A stretch of 64,000 bases of DNA from an uncultured bacterium (GTDB lineage Bacteria; Verrucomicrobiota; Kiritimatiellia; RFP12; UBA1067): assembly GCA_902800055.1 (NCBI GenBank), contig CADCCW010000007.1:3788-67787 (forward strand), in the 5' to 3' direction. The notes beneath the pieces are model-generated. The model ran no database searches. It saw only the letters and a list, made by a program, of their open reading frames with translations, and was not told where the DNA came from. The position numbers and the translations under genes are program-made. Shown here piece after piece: positions 45,011 to 52,781 of this stretch (its first letter is position 1; each line of letters begins with the position of its first letter).

Positions 45011-45281
45011 CGCGGTGTTCCTTCAGTATCTTCAGCGACTGTGCGCGGGTGTAGTGCCGTGTGTCGTCTTCGCAAAGCGCATCGGCTTTGTTCAGCTCTC
45101 CAATAACAGGGTCGTTGAGATGCTTGTAGGCGTCAAAGCTCATTGTCACCATGCAGCCGTAGCCATTGCGGGTGAAGATGATTGTGTTGCCGCCCTGCAC
45201 ATAGTCGGCAATCTCCGCAAACTTGTTGCGGAGGTCTGAGATCGGTCTGATGTCAGTGTCGATTGTTTGAGTTGCAGTCAT
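44985..45281 (-). CDS. type II antitoxin, Phd/YefM family
   Basis: MTATQTIDTDIRPISDLRNKFAEIADYVQGGNTIIFTRNGYGCMVTMSFDAYKHL. ATG at 45281. The longer ORF-track call (to 45719) is antisense read-through of the neighbouring promoter and gene. Confidence 0.8.
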   Translation of the reverse strand: MTATQTIDTDIRPISDLRNKFAEIADYVQGGNTIIFTRNGYGCMVTMSFDAYKHLNDPVIGELNKADALCEDDTRHYTRAQSLKILKEHRDARRKVHA

Positions 45282-45313
45282 GGGTAAACCCTCGTTGCGT
45301 TTTGATGTCGCAT

Positions 45314-45334
45314 ATTTTATCATAATTGTGATAA
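45314..45334 (-). promoter_or_regulatory. extended -10 (TGATAAAAT) overlapping palindromic operator TTATCA-N6-TGATAA
   Basis: Minus strand reads TTGCGCAATTATCACAATTATGATAAAATATGCGAC. The inverted repeat spans the -10 of the antitoxin-toxin operon. Confidence 0.5.
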
Positions 45335-45400
45335 TTGCGCAAGGTGGTGCGTTCATGGCAGGTATCAAGTCAAATATGATTCTCTCACCATGCGCGGCAG

Positions 45401-45435
45401 GACGAACAACGAGCCGCGAATCACGAACCACGAAT
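45401..45435 (+). repeat. tandem heptamer array (G/A/C)ACGA(A/G)N x5 abutting a promoter
   Basis: GACGAAC AACGAGC CGCGAAT CACGAAC CACGAAT, ending 1 nt before the TGATATAAT extended -10. Confidence 0.8.
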
Positions 45436-45436
45436 A

Positions 45437-45445
45437 TGATATAAT
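45437..45445 (+). promoter_or_regulatory. extended -10 promoter (TGATATAAT), leaderless
   Basis: The hexamer ends 8 nt before ATG 45454. Confidence 0.55.
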
Positions 45446-45453
45446 ACACACTC

Positions 45454-47112
45454 ATGCGAGATTTCAACGACAGGAAGGTGAGGAAGGCCATCGTCCTTGC
45501 GGCTGGCTTCGGCACGCGGCTGAGGCCGTTTACGTGCGCCGTGCCCAAGCCGCTCCTGCCGGTCTGGGGCGAGCCGATGCTCGCGCGCGTCGTCGACAGG
45601 CTGCGCTCGCTGGGCGTCGAGGAGATCGTCGTCAACTGCCACCACCTGCACGAACAGGTCGAGGCGTGGTGTGCGACAAACGGCTGCCGCGCTGCCTTCG
45701 AGCCGGAGATCCTCGGCACCGGCGGCGTCCTTAACCCGCTACGCGAATGGATCGGCGGCGATGACTTCTACCTCGTCAACGGCGACATCGTCCTTGAGGG
45801 CTTCGACGGCTTCGGCGAGGGCGCGCTGGGCGTCAAGGGCGCGGACGGGACGGGCGCAATTGCTTTTGCGCTTACGGCCGAGACGGGTCCGCGCACGATC
45901 GAGGTGGAGCCGCATAGCGGATTCGTCACCAACTGGAGCAGCGACGACGCCGGCTTCCCCGGCACCTTCACCTACTGCGGCTTTGCTCTCTTGTCGGCGA
46001 AGATCCTCGACTACGTCGAGCCGACCGGTTTTTCATCCATCATCGCCGCCTACGAGCGCGCGATGGGCGACGGCTGGTTCGTGAAGGCGGTTTCGCCGAA
46101 GGGGATGCTATGGACCGACGCCGGGTCGATCGACAGCTACCTTGACGTCAACCGCCACGAGGACGACAACGCCTTCGCCGACCTGCCGCAGCTCAAGGCG
46201 ACGGTTGGCGACGGCGACGGCGCGGTCGAATTCCTCGGCGCGCGCGGCAGCGACCGCGCCTTCTTCCGCCGCGGCGACAAGATTGCCATCGTCTACGACG
46301 ACGCCAAGCGCTCCGAGAACGCGCTCTACGCGCCGCAGGCCCGCTGGCTGAAGGAGCGCGACGTTCCGGTGCCGGCGGTTCTCGCTGACCGGCCCGACCT
46401 CAAGGCGCTGGCGATGGAGTGGGGTGGCGAAGAGCGCAAGATGTCGCTTGCCGACCGCGTGCGCGTCGTCGAGGAGCTCGCGAAGTTCAATGCGCTCGGC
46501 GCGCGCTGGGCAGATTCCGCCGCGGAGGGCCTGCCGAAGCTCATGGAGGCGTTCGGTCCCGAGACCTGGGCGTGGGAGCGCGGGCTTTTCGCCGAGCACT
46601 GCCTTGGGACGCGGTTCCGACGCGAAATGCCGGCGGCGGTGGAGACGGAGCTGAAGGCGGTCGCCGACCGGCTTGAGCACGAGCCGAAGGCGCTCGTCCA
46701 CCGCGACTTCCAGTCCTCGAACGTGCTCTGGAAGGGCGACGAGCCGTGCTTCATCGATTTCCAGGGGATGCGGCTTGGTCCCGCGGCCTACGATCTTGCG
46801 TCGTTCGTCTACGATCCCTACGTCGACATCTCCGAGCGCGAGCGCGAGGCGCTGGCGCTCAAGTACGCGCAGGTCTCCGGACGCGAGGACATCGCCGGCG
46901 TCCTGCCGTTCGCGGCGGTCGAGCGGCTGGTGCAGTGCCTCGGCGCCTACGGCAGGCTCGCCTCGGTCGGCCAGCCGCAGTTCGGCAGGTACGTGCTGCC
47001 GGCGCTGGAGCGGCTACTCGCGGCGGCGGACGAAGCCAACCTCGACGCCACCGGCGCGCTGGCCGAGGACCTCATCGCCGAGGAAGGGCACCACCACCAT
47101 CACCACAAATGA
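45454..47112 (+). CDS. bifunctional sugar-1-phosphate nucleotidyltransferase / sugar kinase (MurU-AmgK-like fusion) with natural His6 tail
   Basis: N-terminus has KAIVLAAGFGTRLRPFTCAVPKPLLPV (NTP_transferase). C-terminus has LVHRDFQSSNVLW...FIDFQGMRLGPAAYDLASFVYDPY (APH-fold kinase, AmgK-like). Ends EEGHHHHHHK*. A LicC/LicA-type function cannot be excluded by eye. Confidence 0.75.
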   Translation: MRDFNDRKVRKAIVLAAGFGTRLRPFTCAVPKPLLPVWGEPMLARVVDRLRSLGVEEIVVNCHHLHEQVEAWCATNGCRAAFEPEILGTGGVLNPLREWIGGDDFYLVNGDIVLEGFDGFGEGALGVKGADGTGAIAFALTAETGPRTIEVEPHSGFVTNWSSDDAGFPGTFTYCGFALLSAKILDYVEPTGFSSIIAAYERAMGDGWFVKAVSPKGMLWTDAGSIDSYLDVNRHEDDNAFADLPQLKATVGDGDGAVEFLGARGSDRAFFRRGDKIAIVYDDAKRSENALYAPQARWLKERDVPVPAVLADRPDLKALAMEWGGEERKMSLADRVRVVEELAKFNALGARWADSAAEGLPKLMEAFGPETWAWERGLFAEHCLGTRFRREMPAAVETELKAVADRLEHEPKALVHRDFQSSNVLWKGDEPCFIDFQGMRLGPAAYDLASFVYDPYVDISEREREALALKYAQVSGREDIAGVLPFAAVERLVQCLGAYGRLASVGQPQFGRYVLPALERLLAAADEANLDATGALAEDLIAEEGHHHHHHK

Positions 47113-49190
47113 ACGCCATCCGCCAGCTGCTCAAGAAAGTGAAGTCGACGGGCACCAGGCTCGCCGGGCAGGTGAAGACGGTTTCGATGGGGCGCGAGCG
47201 GGTTTTCGAGGCGTACAACCTTGGCGACGACACCTTCGTCTTCGAGCGCGGCGTTTCCGCCCGCCTCGCCGAGCGTCCGAGCGTGCTGGTGGTGGACCGG
47301 CGCTGGCTGCGGCGGCGCGGGCGCGGCAAGGTGATGACCGTCACCACCGGCAACCACGCGGTGGCGGCAATGCCGCTCCTGGACGGCAGGTTCTGGAAGC
47401 TCTCTTCGCTGCCGGTCTCTCGCCGCAGCGACGTCATGACCAGCGCCATCCTCTGCGCCAACATCGTCGACGGAAGGCTCGAGGTTTCGCAGCGCGACGT
47501 GCCAACGCCGGAACTCGTCTCGCTCGACCGCTGGCTCGTGGACGCCGCGGGACTCGGTCTCGGGGGCGTGGTGATGCTCGACCGCAACGAGTCCGCGCTC
47601 GACCACTACCGGCGCCTCGGCCAGGAGTGGCGGGTGAAGCCGCTGGTGTGGACCGAGAAGGAGATGCTCACCCAACTCGCGGCGTCGCGCAAGCGCATTT
47701 CCTCGAAGACGCGCTACTACCACTCCTCGCGCGGAGTCCACTTCCTGACCTACCCCGAGTTCATGCGCCTCGTGGCGCTCGCCGAGACCTCGCCCGCCGA
47801 CTTCGTGGCGGGGCTGCGGGAGATCGTGAGCATCTTCGAGGGCAACACCGTCTCCTTCTCGCGGATGCCCAAGTACCGCGGCCACCACGAGATCGAGTTC
47901 TTCGGCCTCGGGCGCGGCGTCGGCGTGGAGCGGATCGTCCCCGAGCTCGAGAAGCTGATGGAGGCGGTCGCGCTCGGCCGGCTCGGCCAGCTCGGCGTCA
48001 TCCAGAAGGCGCGCGAGGCGGCGGCGCTTTACCAGTCGCTGCTGACCACGCCGGAGTTCGCCGACGAGTCATCGCCCGTCTTCGTCGAGAAGCTCTACAT
48101 GTACGTGACCGGCGAGGTCTACTCCGTCGTCGGCGACGGATCCACTCCGTCCTTCGACGACCGCCGCACCGCGCTGCCGGGAGCGACGTTCGTCGGCGGC
48201 CGGCCGGTGATGCACCCCGGCGCCGACGTTCGCAGCGAGGTGCTGCTCTCCAACCTGCGCGGACTCCTCTCCAAGGACGAGTTGGTGGAGTACGCGAACA
48301 TCTACGAGCTCCGCGAGGACGACTCGGTGCCGGTCGGCCGCGGGCGCACCCGCGAGGTCGTGTACAAGACGAACATGCGCCCGCTGGCGACGAGCCTCAT
48401 CGAGAAGGGGCTCTCCTCGCGCCGCCGCGGCTACGCCGAGTACATGCTCGCGCGCATCGGCGCGCTGCGCGCGATGGGCGTGTCGATGAGCGCCTACTAC
48501 CGGGTGCTCCGCCGCCGCCCCTCCACCCGCTCCGCGCCGTCCGACTTCTACATCCGCATGCGCTGCGAGGGCGAGCCGATCGAGTCGATCCCCGCCAACT
48601 GGTTCCGGAGCGGAGAGGACTCCTCGGTCGAGGTCGAGGACGTGGTGCTGGGCCTCGCCGCGCTGATGGGCGACGCCGCCGCGCAGAACATGGCGATGAA
48701 GAAGTTCGACCCCAAGACCGAGAGCCCGCTCTATGGCGTCGGCAAGGAGATCTACGAGTTCGAGTACGACATCATCAAGGAGCAGGTGGTACCGAAGAAG
48801 GTGGCGACCTGCTCCATCCGCGGCAGTTTCGGCTGGCCGGACCTCTCCTTCACCGACCAGAACGTGAACGCCTTCGCCTCGTTCTACTTCACCCACTTCG
48901 CGCACGCGCTGAAGGACTTCTGCCGCCACCACACGGTGCCGATGGCCGATCTCGCGGAGCGCTTCATGAGCGGATTCGAGTTCCGCACCCGCGCGATGGC
49001 GTGGCAGCTCTCGGTGATGCGCGACGGCTTCGAGTCCTTCTCGCCGCCGGTGCCGCCGGCCTACCGCTTCGCCGAGAAGTGGCGCTTTGCGATGTGGGCG
49101 CTCGAACGCCAGGAGCGCCGTCTGCCGCTGCTCAGGAAGATGTTCTTCGAGCGAGTCGCGCTTGTACAGAGTGAGTCGTCAGGGACTTAA
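47109..49190 (+). CDS. large uncharacterised cytoplasmic protein (693 aa)
   Basis: ATGA overlap with the upstream fusion gene. No signal peptide or TM. No named domain recognised. The C-terminal half carries kinase-like strings (see findings). Confidence 0.7.
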   Translation: MNAIRQLLKKVKSTGTRLAGQVKTVSMGRERVFEAYNLGDDTFVFERGVSARLAERPSVLVVDRRWLRRRGRGKVMTVTTGNHAVAAMPLLDGRFWKLSSLPVSRRSDVMTSAILCANIVDGRLEVSQRDVPTPELVSLDRWLVDAAGLGLGGVVMLDRNESALDHYRRLGQEWRVKPLVWTEKEMLTQLAASRKRISSKTRYYHSSRGVHFLTYPEFMRLVALAETSPADFVAGLREIVSIFEGNTVSFSRMPKYRGHHEIEFFGLGRGVGVERIVPELEKLMEAVALGRLGQLGVIQKAREAAALYQSLLTTPEFADESSPVFVEKLYMYVTGEVYSVVGDGSTPSFDDRRTALPGATFVGGRPVMHPGADVRSEVLLSNLRGLLSKDELVEYANIYELREDDSVPVGRGRTREVVYKTNMRPLATSLIEKGLSSRRRGYAEYMLARIGALRAMGVSMSAYYRVLRRRPSTRSAPSDFYIRMRCEGEPIESIPANWFRSGEDSSVEVEDVVLGLAALMGDAAAQNMAMKKFDPKTESPLYGVGKEIYEFEYDIIKEQVVPKKVATCSIRGSFGWPDLSFTDQNVNAFASFYFTHFAHALKDFCRHHTVPMADLAERFMSGFEFRTRAMAWQLSVMRDGFESFSPPVPPAYRFAEKWRFAMWALERQERRLPLLRKMFFERVALVQSESSGT

Positions 49191-49203
49191 GGAGAAAACG
49201 CAA

Positions 49204-50448
49204 ATGAAAAACATCGACTACAAATGGCGGGCGCTCGCGCTTCTGTGGGTTGCCTTTTTCCTCCAGCAGGGCACGCGGCAGCTCTTCGGGCCGTCGGTTC
49301 CCGCGATCTGCGCCTCGATCGGCGTGGACAAGGTGGCGATTGGCGTGGTGGGCACGGTGTTCGCGATGATGTACGGCATCTGCGTGCCGTTCGCGGGGCT
49401 CACCGCCGACCTCTTCAGCCGCAAGTGGATGGTGGTGTCGGGCGTGGCGATCTTCTGCCTCGGCATCTTCCTCTCCGGCTTTGTCGCCTCGGTCGGGCTC
49501 CTCATCGTCACCTACGGCGTCCTCAACGGCTTCGGCCAGACGTTCTACTATCCTTCCGCCACCTCGCTTATCTCGCAGCTCCACAAGGAGTCGCGCGCGA
49601 CGGCGATCTCGATCCTGCAGCTCGGCCTCTACATCGGCATCATCGGCTGCGGCAGCCTGGCCGGCTTCCTCGCCGGGAAGGGCGGCGAGAGCTGGCGCAC
49701 GCCGTTCTGGATCTTCGGCGGCATTGGCCTCGTCTGGGCGGCGCTGATGATCTTCACCCTGCGCGACACCAAGCCCGTCGCCGCGCCCTCGGGGGCGGTG
49801 GACAAGCCGTCGATCGCCGAGGCAATGAAGGCAGTCCTTTCCAAGCCGACCGCGATCTGCGTGACGCTCGGCCTCGCGATGATGATCTACGTGGACATCG
49901 GCTTCAAGAACTGGATGCCGTCGCACCTACAGTCGCAGTTCCTCGACTCGTGCCCGTTCCTCCAGCGCTGGGCCGGCCTCCACGCCGTGGTCTGGCACTA
50001 CGTTGGCGCGGTGATCGGCGTCCTCGTCGGCAGCCGCATCGGCGACCGGCTGGTGAAGTCCCGTCCCGGCATCCGGCTCGACCTCGGCGTCGCGGGGCTG
50101 GGGCTGGCGATTCCCTTCATCGTCTGGATGTCGCTCACCCCGTCCTTCGCGCTCTGCTGCGCGGCGATGTTCGGCTTCGGCATCTTCCGCGGCGTCTACG
50201 ACTCGAACTTCATGGCGAGCTTCTTCGACGTGGTGAACCCGCGCTACCACGCCTCCGGCGTCGGCATCATGATGTGCATTGCGTTTCTCTTCGGTTCGCT
50301 CTCGTCGACGGTGCTGCCGGTCATCGCCAAGGCGTTCGACGGCAAGATGGGCTTCAGCATGGCCTCGCTCGCCGGCTTCTACCTGGTCGGCGTCGCGATC
50401 CTCGCCCTCGCCCGCTTTGCCTTCCTCCGCCGCGACCTGTCCAAGTAG
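49204..50448 (+). CDS. MFS transporter
   Basis: AAGGAGAAAA SD. 12 predicted TM helices. LTADLFSRKW loop 2-3 motif. Confidence 0.88.
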   Translation: MKNIDYKWRALALLWVAFFLQQGTRQLFGPSVPAICASIGVDKVAIGVVGTVFAMMYGICVPFAGLTADLFSRKWMVVSGVAIFCLGIFLSGFVASVGLLIVTYGVLNGFGQTFYYPSATSLISQLHKESRATAISILQLGLYIGIIGCGSLAGFLAGKGGESWRTPFWIFGGIGLVWAALMIFTLRDTKPVAAPSGAVDKPSIAEAMKAVLSKPTAICVTLGLAMMIYVDIGFKNWMPSHLQSQFLDSCPFLQRWAGLHAVVWHYVGAVIGVLVGSRIGDRLVKSRPGIRLDLGVAGLGLAIPFIVWMSLTPSFALCCAAMFGFGIFRGVYDSNFMASFFDVVNPRYHASGVGIMMCIAFLFGSLSSTVLPVIAKAFDGKMGFSMASLAGFYLVGVAILALARFAFLRRDLSK

Positions 50449-50483
50449 GGGATGAAAAATTTTCACACTATTTTCCCTTGAGG

Positions 50484-50492
50484 TGGTAATAT
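50484..50492 (+). promoter_or_regulatory. extended -10 promoter (TGGTAATAT), leaderless sigma factor gene
   Basis: The hexamer ends 8 nt before ATG 50501. Confidence 0.45.
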
Positions 50493-50500
50493 GCTTTTAG

Positions 50501-52759
50501 ATGGGCATTATCAAAGACATCCACGGCGACATCGAGCGGGAGGCGGCGCTTCTCCTCGATAGATACCGTGATGCACTGATGCTGGAGGCGCTCACGCTTT
50601 CCTCCGGTGACTCCCATGCCGCCGAGGAGCTGGTGCTCCAGACCTTTGAGGCGTATCTCTTCGGCCGCGAGCGGTTCGACCCTTCGAAAGGCGAGCTGCT
50701 GCCGTGGCTGCGTGGCATCCTACGCAACATCCACGGCAAGGCCGGGCGTGGCAAGTCGGTGAAAGCTGTATCTTATCTCTCGCAGGACGAGCTTGAGCTT
50801 ATCAGCGAAATCCGCCGGCAAGACAACTCCACCGACGAGGAGATACTCTCCAATTCCGATTCCGAAGTGATCCGCAAGGTGATAGAGGCGCTGCCGGACA
50901 AGACGAGGCGGATAATCGTCTTGCGCTGTTTTGAGTCCGCCTCCTTCGGGGAAATCGCCCGTTTGCTCGGCATCAGCGAGATTTCGGTGAAGAATCGGTT
51001 CTATTACGCCCGCAAGCTTTTGGCGCGGCGGCTCGGCAAGCTCCTGGGCCGCGCACCCGCCATTGCGCTTGGCGTAATTCTCGCCGGGGCCTCGCTCCTC
51101 TACGCAGCGGCGGTTGTCACCGGCCTCGCCCCATCGCCGTTCGCTGCGGCGGAGCCCGCGGCAGAAGAAGCGGAGGTTGTTTTTAACGCAAAGAGCACAA
51201 AGGACACAGAGGGGGCTTTGACAGGATTGCCTGCCGTGGGGACAGACCCCGAGCCTGCCGTCTCAAGTCTCTCGTCTCAAGCCCCGGCCTCGAACCACGA
51301 ATCACGAACCACGAACCGCGAAACCAATGGGGACAGTCCCCAGCAACCCGAGGTGATAACTGCCAATTCTGAAACCAACAACGAGGAAAACACCATGAAC
51401 ACCCAATTGGTCAAATCTGCCGCGGTCAAGGCACTGGCGGCGGGCGCAATGCTCGCGGCGGCGGCAGTTCCGGCGAAGAGCACGCAGGCGACGGATCTGC
51501 CATCTGGCTACACCAAACTTGAGTACATCCAGGGTGACGGCGCGAGCGCCCGCCTCATAACCGACTACACCCCCAATCCGCAGACAGACAAAATCGAGGC
51601 GGTAATCGAGTGGCCAGCGGAGACAATCGGCGGAAACCAGCAAGTCTGGTGTGCGCGAGGCACTAGCGGGACGGACAAAACTTATACATTGTTCGCAATC
51701 GGTTCCAATCTTCGTTTTGACTACAACAAAACACGGGGAGATCTGCTTACGCCAGAAATCTCCGAGGGGGTGAAATACACCGTCACCGCCGATCGCTACA
51801 TGTTTACCTGGTCGGGCGGCAACGGGCAGACTCATACTGAAAGCACCATTTTTCAGTCGACAGGCTACCCATTAGTGCTGTTCGCGTCCTATGCCAGAGG
51901 TGTCAACACCGAAGTCGTAAACTATGGCAAGCACCGGCTATATTCCTTCAAGGTCTGGCGCTCGGATGAACTCATTCACGATTTCGTACCGTGCAGAGAC
52001 CCGAACGGCGTGGCGACGATGGTTGACGTCTGCGACAATCCCGCGACGCTGACGGTCCAGGGGACATTCATCGCCCCTGGCGACAATGGAAAGTTGCCAG
52101 CTGGATACACCGAGGTCCAGTATATTCAGGGTAACGGTGAGGACGCCCGCATCGTCACCTCTTATATTCCGCATCCGCAGACAGACAAGGCCGAGGCGGT
52201 GGTCGAGTGGCCGTCGTCGGTCGGTGATGCCTTGTCAGGAAATCAGGGTGTATGGTGCGCACGAGGCTCGACAACATCGACCGCATCCTGGACGCTGCAC
52301 ATGCTGGGCAATAGCGGCGGCAAGTTCCGATTCGACTACAACTCGGCATCAGGCAACCTTCTTGAGCCTGCGCTTTCCACAGACGTGAAGTACACCGTAA
52401 CGGCCGACAGGAATGTGGTTTCATGGTCGGGCGGCAACGGGCAGACGCACACGCCGGTTATTGGCTTTACAGCTGCCGGCGATCGAATGGTGCTTTTCGC
52501 TGTGTATAGCGGCGGAACAATCGATACATATCCAGGCAACTACGGCAAGCACCGGCTCTACTCCTTCAAGGTCTGGCGGTCGGGTGAGCTCATCCACTAC
52601 TTTGTGCCGTGCAAGGATCCGAACGGCGTAGCGACGATGGTTGATATTTGCTACAACGCGGCACTGACCATAGATGGCACCTTCACCGCCGGTCCCGAAG
52701 GGCACTACTACGACGATAAGCTCTTCAGGCCAGCGGGTACGGTGTATTACATTCTATAG
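50501..52759 (+). CDS. continuous ORF: ECF-type sigma-70 factor, hydrophobic helix, repeat-encoded linker, then P4 module protein
   Basis: Region 2 is LVLQTFEAYLFGRERFDPSKGELLPWLRGILRN. Region 4 HTH is RRIIVLRCFESASFGEIARLLGISEISVKNRFYYARKLL. No in-frame stop until 52757-52759. Whether one or two proteins are made is unresolved. Confidence 0.5.
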   Translation: MGIIKDIHGDIEREAALLLDRYRDALMLEALTLSSGDSHAAEELVLQTFEAYLFGRERFDPSKGELLPWLRGILRNIHGKAGRGKSVKAVSYLSQDELELISEIRRQDNSTDEEILSNSDSEVIRKVIEALPDKTRRIIVLRCFESASFGEIARLLGISEISVKNRFYYARKLLARRLGKLLGRAPAIALGVILAGASLLYAAAVVTGLAPSPFAAAEPAAEEAEVVFNAKSTKDTEGALTGLPAVGTDPEPAVSSLSSQAPASNHESRTTNRETNGDSPQQPEVITANSETNNEENTMNTQLVKSAAVKALAAGAMLAAAAVPAKSTQATDLPSGYTKLEYIQGDGASARLITDYTPNPQTDKIEAVIEWPAETIGGNQQVWCARGTSGTDKTYTLFAIGSNLRFDYNKTRGDLLTPEISEGVKYTVTADRYMFTWSGGNGQTHTESTIFQSTGYPLVLFASYARGVNTEVVNYGKHRLYSFKVWRSDELIHDFVPCRDPNGVATMVDVCDNPATLTVQGTFIAPGDNGKLPAGYTEVQYIQGNGEDARIVTSYIPHPQTDKAEAVVEWPSSVGDALSGNQGVWCARGSTTSTASWTLHMLGNSGGKFRFDYNSASGNLLEPALSTDVKYTVTADRNVVSWSGGNGQTHTPVIGFTAAGDRMVLFAVYSGGTIDTYPGNYGKHRLYSFKVWRSGELIHYFVPCKDPNGVATMVDICYNAALTIDGTFTAGPEGHYYDDKLFRPAGTVYYIL
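51161..51220 (+). repeat. conserved 5' block of the P3/P4 leader (copy inside the sigma ORF)
   Basis: About 55 of 60 identity to 38799-38858, including TTTTTAACGCAAAGA. Confidence 0.85.
51289..51323 (+). repeat. tandem heptamer array CACGAAN x5
   Basis: CTCGAAC CACGAAT CACGAAC CACGAAC CGCGAAA. A second 7-nt array (GTCTCAA GTCTCTC GTCTCAA) lies at 51260-51280. Confidence 0.8.
51395..52759 (+). CDS. secreted protein P4 (internal start): two tandem DFVP jelly-roll-like modules
   Basis: GAGGA SD plus ATG 51395. MNTQLVKSAAVKALAAGAMLAAAAVPA is nearly identical to the P3 start. Two modules run LP(S/A)GYT..(E/Q)YIQG(D/N)G ... YGKHRLYSFKVWRS.ELIH.FVPC.DPNGVATMVD. C-terminus is GTVYYIL*. Confidence 0.65.
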   Translation: MNTQLVKSAAVKALAAGAMLAAAAVPAKSTQATDLPSGYTKLEYIQGDGASARLITDYTPNPQTDKIEAVIEWPAETIGGNQQVWCARGTSGTDKTYTLFAIGSNLRFDYNKTRGDLLTPEISEGVKYTVTADRYMFTWSGGNGQTHTESTIFQSTGYPLVLFASYARGVNTEVVNYGKHRLYSFKVWRSDELIHDFVPCRDPNGVATMVDVCDNPATLTVQGTFIAPGDNGKLPAGYTEVQYIQGNGEDARIVTSYIPHPQTDKAEAVVEWPSSVGDALSGNQGVWCARGSTTSTASWTLHMLGNSGGKFRFDYNSASGNLLEPALSTDVKYTVTADRNVVSWSGGNGQTHTPVIGFTAAGDRMVLFAVYSGGTIDTYPGNYGKHRLYSFKVWRSGELIHYFVPCKDPNGVATMVDICYNAALTIDGTFTAGPEGHYYDDKLFRPAGTVYYIL

Positions 52760-52781
52760 CCCGCTACTAAGCATAGGTTTT

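Noticed and set aside
47089-47112. His6 tail considered as cloning-vector contamination.
   Set aside because: Codon pattern CAC CAC CAC CAT CAC CAC AAA TGA is embedded in native sequence. The stop overlaps the ATG of the next native gene. No vector-like flanks are present.
51136-51149. 14-nt identity (GCCGTTCGCTGCGG) between the sigma-factor hydrophobic tail and the P3 signal-peptide cleavage region (39035-39048), considered as evidence that the sigma tail derives from a P-family signal peptide.
   Set aside because: A single 14-mer match is within chance expectation for all-against-all comparison of 64 kb of GC-rich DNA. It is suggestive context only.
51920-52700. The two near-identical P4 module ends considered as a DGR template/variable repeat pair.
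   Set aside because: Differences between the two copies are not adenine-specific (A/C, T/C, C/G and A/G changes in both directions). No reverse transcriptase or accessory gene is in the window. The copies are simply tandem protein modules.
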